This document shows positions 53,945 to 64,000 of a stretch of 64,000 nt of DNA, piece by piece. Positions within the stretch are counted from its first letter, which is position 1; each line of letters begins with the position of its first letter. The position numbers were made by a program, and so were the translations under genes. This DNA comes from Gnetum montanum (Eukaryota; Plantae; Gnetophyta). The stretch covers positions 1 to 64,000 of the forward strand of contig MNCI01002305.1 of NCBI GenBank assembly GCA_015680685.1, given 5' to 3'. The notes below the pieces were generated by a model. That model ran no database searches. It was not told the DNA's origin and was given only the letters and a program-made list of their open reading frames with translations.

Positions 53945-54672
53945 AATCACACTACATTGTAGGTACCAAACTTCAATAGAATGAACTCCAAGGTGATTGC
54001 AGCTTGTAATCAAGCTCACAGTTAGACTATGAGATACTATGAGTAGTACTCTTCTCACACTTTCTAATCCAAGATAATTTTACCATAAACAATAAGGAAA
54101 ATAATAGATAAAATAGATTAAAAGGAAAAGAAAATAATCAAAAATGAAAAAAAAACTTTGTGATAGAAGAATAACTACGATGTTAGTGCTTGGTAAACAT
54201 CAAGACATTGGGTGATAATTTAAGTAAACTTGCTTCTCAAAGAATAATACAAATACAAGGAACAATCACATTTAGACATTCATGAATCATTTTTTACCAA
54301 CTTATCCATGTCTTGTGGTACTATACCTTTCAAAATATATAGACTTCCCCTACTAAAAGTAGTTGTTTGTGATAGAGACTCTTTATGCATCAACATAATA
54401 ACTTTATCATATGGTAATGGACAAAAGAGATCATAGGATCCAAAACACTTTATTATCCAATAATTATTTATTCTATTTTTCAACAATGGTATTTTTAGTG
54501 ATTGGGATTATTGCACTACCATTAGAACATGGTTAGTAAACAAAGGAAACTTCACTCTTGATGTAGTTCCATGATTGTAATGAGACAAGATGGTTCTTAA
54601 AAGGGCATTCTAAGACCTATACACCTACAATAGGTTATTACTCCTAATTTATTGCTATCAAAATGTGTTCTA

Positions 54673-55916
54673 TGAAATATCACAAATAAAATCCATGTTG
54701 GAACCCATAACCAAAATTATTTGTAATTTGGTGAAAAATAATGCCAAACACAATTACATTATGTTCCCCAAAATTTGGCATTGTAAGCTTTATCACTAGG
54801 AAACTTTTGTAGTTTATATTCTATAGATTTTACATATCCTACCTTATGAAGGCTATAAAATGCTTCATAAGCTATGAATGTCTCGTCTTGTAGGTGAAAA
54901 AGGCTATAGTTTTTATATATCTAGGCTTACGAAGGTTGCAGATGCCTAGAAAACCACCAAATTTGGCATTTATTAGCCTATATGTTGGCCATGGTAGTTT
55001 TTACACTAGAAAACCTATAACAATAGTGCATAAAATTTAGGTTTTTAGTTTTTATGTTGGGACACCTGCCCAACCAGCATATAAAATTTGTCCTTTTAAT
55101 TTTTATGTTGGGCCTTAGATTTTTATGTTGAGCAAAATATGGAGCTAGTGTAGAAAACATAAAAATATCCAATTTTGCTAAATATGCTACCAAGAGATTC
55201 CCTACACACACCAAAATGTTTTAGCAATCTATCAACAAGCATGATAGAATCAACAACAAATTAGGACATCAATAAATTATTTAAATGCAAAATTACTTCA
55301 TTGAAAGGACTTATGGATAATTCATCCATTCACCAAAATTAAGACTTTTGAAGTAGTGAAGGTAGAGAAAAACTTCCATAATACCAATACTTTTGGAAAT
55401 TTTCATTCAGGCTAATATCAAGACTTTTAGAGCATTGCAGATCAACCAAGAATCTATACTATTCTTCCACATACAACACAATCCCATTAATAGAGAGACC
55501 AATGATGAGCTTCAAGTGTAGAATATATGGGACCATCGAGAGAAAATCTGAATGCAAAACATACCCTATCGACTGAGTTAGGTTCTAAACATTCTCCCTT
55601 TGGCATTTTATGCATTCAAAGCATAAACTTTTGTATTATCTGAACTTCTATTTTGTGAACCTTCAGTATTTCAATAAAATAAAAGCTTTTAGTGTACTAG
55701 TTCATTATGACTTTATTCCCTATTTCTTTGCACTTAAATTTGTATCTACAATTACATTTTATTCATTCACATCAGTAAGAAATTGTAAGTCCTTAGGTGA
55801 TCGATAAGACCATCTAGGATGCTTCAAATCCTTTCCTTGAGGTCCATAGATCTGAAGCTAAATTGTCTCATCTTGAAATTTTTGGCCTTTCAGCATCAAA
55901 TTTTTTAGGCATTATA
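54673..55916 (+). repeat. 5' LTR of the gag-only element
   Basis: TGAAATATC...ATTATA. Aligns with 62492-63786 (e.g. TTTATGCATTCAAAGCATAAA, ATCTGAAGCTAAA). Confidence 0.85.
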
Positions 55917-55921
55917 ATTTT

Positions 55922-55939
55922 TGATGCTAGAAGGAGGGG
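55922..55939 (+). promoter_or_regulatory. Degenerate tRNA-Asn PBS
   Basis: TGATGCTAGAAGGAGGGG versus TGGCGCTAGAAGGAGGG at 35876. Confidence 0.8.
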
Positions 55940-56999
55940 CTGTGCTCAACTTCTTCATAAAACCCATGGCAAAAATATTTTCCATTAGTGTTGGCCTTAG
56001 CTTTGAACTTGCAACCACAAAAATTTTTTTAGGTTTTTCCCAAAACCAATGCTATACTTGCAATCAATTTAGGCCTTGTTTAAGGTTAAAATTGGTATTG
56101 GGTTTTTCCCAATACCTAGTGTATTACCTGAAATTAGTTTAGCATATTTAAATTTTTTCTATTAGTGTTGTACTTTCCTAAAGCCCAGCATATAAACTAT
56201 AGTAAGTTTGGCTTTATTTTCTATTTCTCCATCGAATGATGGGTCTAAAACCTAACATATAAAGTTCAATAAGTGTGGCCATCTTTTTATTTTTCTATCA
56301 AGTGCTTGACTTTTACAATGCCAACATATAGCCTTCAACAAAACTTGCACCTTAACATATAACCTATAACTCATTTCATCTTTTAATTTTGTAAAAGCTT
56401 GGTTTTAGGTTTTTCTAGAACACAACATATAAATTGCATTGTAAGCTTTGGTTGGGTGGTCATCTGAAACCCAACATATAACCATCAACCTTTTCAAATA
56501 TTTTCTTTGCATTAAATATTCTCTAACCATAACTTGCAGTGCTGCCACCATTCCCTGCAATGTAAAACAAAAGAAGATTAATCTTTAATTTTTTCTAGTG
56601 TAGTACACTACTATAGTTCCTTGTGTCTTAATCCATGAAAAAGTTAACTTTTAATTTTTTTCTAGTATAGTGCATAGCACTGTAATCCCTATTTTAACCA
56701 TTTTCACTTTGATATTTTTTCAACCATGTTTACACTAAAAATCATTTTTATGCTGAAAACCATTTTTATGGTGAAAGCTATTTTATACACTAAGCTTATA
56801 TGTTGTGAATCATATAAGTTGGAAAGCTTTTATGCTAAGAATCCCATATGTTGAGCCTCTCATACACTAAGACTACCTCATATGCTAAGGCTCTCACAAA
56901 ACCTTACACAATCTAAGAGACTTAGCAAGTCATTCAGTTTAATACCTTGTTTATGTCTTCCCACCGTTCAACAGTATTACCACATAACATAACACAAAT

Positions 57000-58850
57000 T
57001 TTTTCCAAATGAGAAGTTATTCATGTCTATGGTCCAAAGGACCCAATGGTCATAGAGCATAGGCAATCACTTAGGTGAAGGGATTAGGAACTAACATCCA
57101 TAATTATCAATGAGAAGTTCTATAATTTTATTTATGCTAAAATATAGAGGAGCCTCCTCGTATCTTTCTCTAAAGTTGACACCAAGCATTAGTATCAGAT
57201 TATACAACGAAGTGGAAAAAAATACATTCCTTCATCGTATGAGCAAATTTCTCTAATAGATTTCTATACCCATTTATTGATATATTTAAAAGATGTTGAT
57301 GAGTTAACCAAGGAAGTTAGTTTGGAGGAAAACCAAAAAGAGCATAATGAGTTCAAAGTAGAACATGAGCTAGATACCTTTGTGGGGAGCAATGTTCAAC
57401 TTTCAACTCCCTAAGAAACCACCTCTAGTCTTGTACCCCTACTATACCCTATAGGATAGGTGCCTCAGTCTTTTCCTCCTTATCCCATCATGTTTACACC
57501 AACACACATCGTCATTGCTTAGCAAGCCCAACCTATTTTCCAATCTACCTCACTATTCTTATCAATGTCATTTTCCACTCAACCTTGTTTCATGCACCCA
57601 ACCTAAGTGATGTCTACCTTGCTACCTCCCTTTGTCATACTAGTGGAACTCTCTCTAAGACCCTAAGCAACACAAGCCTTCTACACTCCTTTCATCCCCT
57701 TCATATCATAGGTTCCAACACAAACATCATTTTCATTGTTTAACCCTCAATGATGGAAATCACACAACCTCTTCCATCTATATCAATGTCAATCGCACAG
57801 CCTTAATCTACTCAACTCCCTCCTCAACCATTATTACAAACATTGTAGCCTATAGGAATGCCCCAAGGCTTGGATCAAGCCTTCCAAATGATCCAAGACC
57901 TTACTAAAGAGCTATGGAAACTCAAAGCTAGTACAACTTAGAAGGTCAAGGTTATAGATTTCTATCAAGATGATCCCATAAGCCCTATTATTCCTTAAAT
58001 AACCATACCTACAAGCATGTATATACGAAAGTTCACTAAATATAATGATGTAGGAGATTACAACACATAGATGGTCACCTTTCAATCTGAATGCCTCTTT
58101 TTGCAAACTTGGCCACATACAATATTATGCATTTTTCCTATGTCCCTCAAGGGAAAGGCTCTAGATTATTATCAAATCCTACTTAAAGGTTCCATCTCTT
58201 CTCTTGAAAACTTAATAGACCAATTTGTCAACTGCTTCAAATACAACTTGAAGTTAGATGCCACATTAGATCAACTTATGAAGGTGAGGAAGGGATCACT
58301 TGAACTAATCAAAAGGTTCGTTTAAAGATTGAATTCAATGCTCAACAAGATTCAAGAGTCTATCTCTAAAACTTACCTCTTGGACCTCTTTAAGGGATCA
58401 GTAAATAACTTCATCAAATTAAAGCTCTACTACTTAGAGCCTTGATCATTGATCCAAGCCTTTTCGAAAACTAAGAACATCAAGAAGGTTGCTGATACAA
58501 GTAATGACTTGGCCTATGTGACCTATAAAAACCAACACACAATAAGGGATAGGGATAAAACTATGCAAGAGCATACAATTATGGTAGCAGTAACAAAAGA
58601 GTCAAAACAAGTAGAAAGGTAGGAATCACCACCATGAAATACATCTTCTAATTCATAACAACTGACCATCTTATGATTCATCAAAACTGACCAAACATTG
58701 CATAAAAGGATAGAATGAAGTACACTAGGTTGCCTATGAAGCCCTCTAAGCTTTTAGAATAGTTTCTTAAAGATAACTATATCTAACATACGCAATTGTC
58801 TGAAGAATCTCATAAGAGGCAAAGTGTTCTTTATGACAGAGCTAGAGCCC
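57000..58850 (+). pseudogene. Degenerate gag
   Basis: YNFIYAK (cf. YNFLYAKL), GLDQAFQMIQDL (cf. GLDQAFQLIQTL), MSLKGKALDYY..FVNCFKYNLK..TLDQLM and YTRLPMKP (cf. YTTLPMKP). Confidence 0.85.
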
Positions 58851-61800
58851 AATAATGGCAACATCATGACCCACCAAGGCCTAAAACTAGCAACATGATG
58901 ATCTCCCAAGGGCTAAAACTAGTACATTATTAGCCTTCCTTCCTTTTATCTCTCTTATATTTGTAATGTAACCTATTACACCTTATTTTAGACTATTACA
59001 TTTCATTGTTAAACTTTTCTTTGTAACTTTATTTTTTATAGTCATTTTAACTCATATCCTTTTACACCAAAGATTAGAAAACATAGAAAAATGTAAAACA
59101 TGAAAAATAATCAAAAAATTTATCATCCTTAATAAAACAAAATAGTGTACAAATCTTCAATCATAGTTTAACTTAACTCTCATACTTCAAACTTGGTTTA
59201 GGATGATCAATAAAGCTTATATGCTAGCTAGTGTATAAGGAACATGCAAGAGTCTTTTCACCAACTTCCTTGGATTAAAATGACTGAAAAATTAACTAGT
59301 GGAAGTCCAAAGGCCTAAGGAATAACATAAGATGAAAATTTGGACAACTTTTAGCCTTCAGAAGCTAACTTAAAGCCTTTTACGCTAGGCACACAAACCT
59401 TATATGTTGGCTAGCATATAAGGAACATGTGAGAGACTTTTGACCACTTTCTTTTACTGAAAATGACTCAAAAATCAACTGGTGTAAGCCCCAAATCCTA
59501 TGGCATAAGGTAAGCCCAAACTTTAACTATGTTTTAGCTCTTAGAAGAGGAATTTAAGCATCCTACACTAAAGGTAGGAAGCTTGTATTCTAGCCAGCTT
59601 ATAAAGAGCATAAAAACTGCCAATGGACTCTTATTTGCCTTCCCATGCTATCCAAAAATCCTTATCCTAGCATAGAATCCTAGGTGCTAGCTTGGGAACC
59701 CTATGAAGTAGGAAAAGTAGTTGAAATGGCTTCACAAATCCAATTCTTCATTTTTTAGGCTAGGATTATAGGATTTATATGTTTGTGAGCATAAAAATTA
59801 AGAACAAGCCATCTACCAGTTTGAATGACTTCAAAATGCATCATGCTAATTACCAAACCCTAGTTATAGACACTCGAGACCTTAGAGGCCAAGAAATCAA
59901 GTAGAATGATCCAAAAAACTATTAATTATCAATCTTTACATTGGGCATATAAGATATATATGGTGGCCATTATATAAATGGATTGGCTAAATGTTTGGAA
60001 AAAAATTTTAGCATCCAAAATTACTTGGAATTTTAGTGGAGAAGCCTAGGATCCTAGAACTAGAAGCTAACTATAATTTGACCTTGGTTAGGCATAGAAA
60101 ATTTAGGATTTACCACTTTTACATTGAGGCATTAGGAGAAATATGATGGCCAACATAAAAACTACCAAATGAACTTTGGTTGACACATTTTACCTTAGAA
60201 AAACCCACTTTTTGATCTTAAGAACTATGCGCTACCCCAAAAGCCTAAGGTGGAAAAATTTTGAATTTTGATAATCCATGAAAAAATTCATCTAGCATAA
60301 ATACATTGGGGGCCAAGATTTATACACTAGCTAGTATATAACTCAGGATGTGGTAGCCTGTAATGCCCTTATTGAGTCAAATCAACACCAAAATTGACAT
60401 ATCTCTTCACCTAGACTACTATGCTAATACCCAAGGGCCCTAACATCCAAGAACTAGTCAAAATAAATTCTTGGAATCAAATATTTCAATATATACAGTA
60501 GTGCCTCATGAGAAATATGCTAGCCATATTTTAGGCCAACATAAAAGTCATGAATAGCCTTTTTCTTAGCTTAAAACAAGCTCAAAATAACAATTTAAGA
60601 TGTCCAAATCATTCTATATGCCTTGGAAGCTATTATGAGAGCCTAGGAATGCCAAAAACTAAGTCCAAACCATCTAAAAATCACATATCTTAGTCTCATA
60701 TGTTGGCATACCAATTCCCTACATTGGCCAACATGTGGTCATAGTGTATGATAGTTTGAGCAAGTGAAAGTCAATTCAGGTTAGCTAATTCTTAATCCCG
60801 AAGATTACCACAAGCACTATAATGACTTTGCCAAGTCAAATAGGCCTTCCACAATGGCCCACTAAGGCCTAAAACTGGCAACATATCATCATGTTGACCA
60901 TATACTAGCCTAATTTGCCTTGTTTAGCCTTGTTTCACTATTTTCTAGCCTTATTTAACATTATGTTACTCTAACATTATAATATTTCACATTATTTAAC
61001 AATTGTATCACATAGATGCCACTTGATATGTTTATGATGACTAGCCTTAAAGCCTAAATGGGCCTTCCTGTGATTTTTTTAGGCCAAGTTGATCTTAAAA
61101 TATCAAAATATTAAGCCTCAAAACCATTCTACCATATAGCCTTAACATCCTAAAGTAGCTTGATTACCATTGACCTTGAAGCTAGAATCATTACAAAGGA
61201 TTCTTGGTTAAATTTCCCATATAAACCATGATGGTGAGAAGAAAATGCATGGAACCAAGTTCCTTGCTTGAACTTAAACCTACTTTAGACATCATCAAGC
61301 CCTTGCAATGTAATAGTAAAACCATCAAATAACCGTATATTACATCTAACACTCACATGTTTCCTTATAGCATTATTTTTCATTAGTTGGAATGAATTAC
61401 CAATGTTGATAACTCCAATGATCTATAACAAGCAAGCCTACATGACCTCATAACTCCATTTTTCATGAAAAATGAATTGCAAACTTTGTAAAATTTGTGA
61501 TGTAAGACATAGATCACTCAATGTTGTAATGATAGTAGCCTATGGTGTTCTATAATGTGCTTATTATGTCATGTAGCAATATGCAGTGCCTTGTAACAAT
61601 GTGTATTATTTATCTTGTTTTCTTACTCTCTTGGAGTTGTGCTTACAAGATGAAACCTGGAGTCATGACAAAGGTGTAACTCATTGCAATAGCAAGATAC
61701 CATATGACCTTGATGACTAAGATTTGGTTAGCTTGTCCTACTAGGCCAAGAGTGCTTGTCTCACGTCACTACCATTACCCCTTTCAAGCTATAATCCCAT

Positions 61801-62491
61801 AGTCTAATTACAACCTTCCTTACCCTAAATAACAATGATAACCTATGTTCAATATTCATGCATCATGGCTATGTGACATCCCCTTCATTAAGCTTCACTA
61901 TCAAGTTCATTGGATGTAACACATCTCATTTGATGAGAAAACCAAACTAAGTTTGGCCTTGGCAATGGATCCCAATGAAGGTTTCAGCCCTCTATAAAGT
62001 AAAAAAATGAAAAAATAAAAAATGATGAAGTAAATTTCCAAAAAAGGAAAAATGAAAATGAACCTTAAAATTCAAATCAACAACTCAAAACAAACAAAAG
62101 GAAGAGCTTAATGATTGAAGAAGCCTTGGACTAGAGTGTTCATTCTGCTAACATATTACTGAGTGACTAGTACTTCTAAGCACAAATCATGAAGACCACG
62201 TTGATCAGCAAGCATATCACTACCATATCGTAACCATGATGTCAACATTTGGAATTTATTGTTAATGCATGTGACCATTTTCCAATGATTAAATATGACC
62301 TTTATCTCATCTTAGACCTATATCATCTCATCATAGCCTTATCTCACCATCATAAGTACTCTTTGGCATGGATCGATAGCTACAAAATCAAGTGTAGAGA
62401 AGAAACATTGATGATGGATCAATAGTGATGTTTTGCATTCTTTATCAATTTTCCTAGGGTTAATCCTCAAAACATCAACAAGAGAGGCTAA

Positions 62492-63786
62492 TGAAACATC
62501 ATAAAGAAAATCAATATTGAAATCCATTATCAAATTTATATGTAATTTGTTGCAAAATTATGACAAACATAATTACATTATTTTCCCCAAAATCTAGCAT
62601 TGTAACCTTTTTCATTAGGATTTGAGGCAATAGTTTTAATGTAAAGTGAAATTTGCAATTTATATGTTGCACATCTCATACATCCTAGCTTATGGATGTT
62701 AAAAATGCTTCATAAGCTATGAATGCCTCATCTTTTAGGTAAGAAAATCTACAGTTTCCACATGTCTAGATTTGGGAAGGTTGAAAATGCCTTGTAGACC
62801 ACCAAATTTGGCATTTCTTAGCTTATACATTGCCCATGACAATTTTTATGCTAGAAAACCTATAAAGACAATGTATAAAATTTGGATTTTAAGTTTTTAT
62901 GCTGGCCATAGCATTTTTTACACTATGACATCTACATAGGTAGCATATAAAATCTGGTCTTTGATTTTTTAAGTTGAGCCTTGGATTTTTACATTAGGAA
63001 ACATATGAAGGTAGTGTGAAAATCATAAAAATATCAAAATTTGCTAAATATGCTATCAAGAGATGCCATGCATACACAATAAATTTGCAACAATCTGTTA
63101 GTAATCATGACAGAATTATCAACAACAAATTAGGACATCAATAACCTATTTAAACCAAAGATTACTTCATTAAAGGGACTTTTAGATGATTCGTGCATTC
63201 ACTAAACTTAAAAATTTTAAAGTAGTGCAAGCAAACAAAAGTTCAGAATACCAAGATTTTTTGTAATTTGCATTCAAGCTTAAAAACAAGACTTTCAAAG
63301 CAATGCATACCTACAAAAAGTCTATAACTATTCTTCTACCTACAATGTAGATTCCAATGATAGAGAGACCAGTGATGAGATTGAGGTGTAGAACACACTG
63401 TATCATCTATAGTAGAGTTGGATATAGAATAGACCCTGCTAGATGACTCAGGTTCCAAGCACTCTTCCTTTGGTTCTTTATGCATTCAAAGCATAAAACT
63501 TTGTATTATCCAAACTTCTGTTTCTATGGACCTTTAGTATTTCAATAAAAAAAATTTATAGTTTTGTTGATTCATTACAAGTTTATTCCCTATTTCTATA
63601 CACTTAAATTTATATTTGTGATTACATTTTATTTATTTGAATTAGTAATGGATTGGAAGTTCTTGGGTGATCACGAAGACCATCCAGGGTGATTTGGAAG
63701 CTTTTCCTTAGACTTGTGTATCTGAAGCTAAACTATCTCATCTTGAAATTTTCAGCCTTCTAACATCAAATTTTTCAAGTGTTACA
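62492..63786 (+). repeat. 3' LTR of the gag-only element
   Basis: TGAAACATC...GTTACA, preceded by the PPT. Confidence 0.85.
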
Positions 63787-64000
63787 ATCTTTAAATAATA
63801 GAAATTTTGCTTTTGTTACAGGTTCAATCCCTATGCAAGTCATTTCTCATGAGTACCCCTTGGGATCATGTTTGATATCTCATGATGTCTCTTATCCCAA
63901 GTCCTTAATTAATACCCAAGCCTCAAGTTTGTCACGAAATAACATATTGAGCTAACAATATACCTAGTATAAAGAAAGAGAATTGACTCACTTTTCTAAC

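Larger units (their letters stand above)
54673..63786 (+). mobile_element. Non-autonomous gag-only (TR-GAG-like) Tat relative, 9.1 kb
   Basis: Paired LTRs 54673-55916 and 62492-63786, degenerate Asn PBS, PPT AAGAGAGGCTAA (~62480-62491), gag homologous to 36126-38200 and no PR/RT/INT motifs. TSD not convincing (TTCTA/ATCTT). Confidence 0.8.

Noticed and set aside
54668-63791. TSD for the gag-only element
   Set aside because: TTCTA versus ATCTT differ by two transversions; not supportable.

Overview
AT-rich, CpG/CHG-depleted land-plant intergenic DNA made almost entirely of nested, decayed Ty3/gypsy LTR retrotransposons. No intact host gene, rRNA or tRNA gene was found. From 1-26 kb there are fragments of several Athila-like elements on both strands, plus a 757-N gap. 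From 26.4-32.4 kb there is a truncated Tekay/chromovirus-like element. The best-preserved feature is a full-length 17.7-kb Tat-lineage element (34463-52193) with 1.4-kb LTRs, a CCATT/CTATT TSD, a tRNA-Asn PBS, a PPT and gag-PR-RT-RH-aRH-INT. Its pol is split between protease and RT by a 5.9-kb GT-AG intron whose removal restores the frame exactly. Inside that intron, on the opposite strand, I reconstructed by hand an 8-exon gene of about 1105 codons with its own TATA/telo-box promoter. All splice phases match, there are no frameshifts, and the only lesions are transition-type nonsense codons. It encodes an FCP1/NIF-type HAD phosphatase-like domain with altered catalytic residues, fused to a plant-mobile-domain-like region and a coiled coil. 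A gag-only non-autonomous relative (54673-63786) shares the PBS, LTR termini and a short repeated cis motif. Domain calls come from motif recognition by eye and need HMM confirmation.
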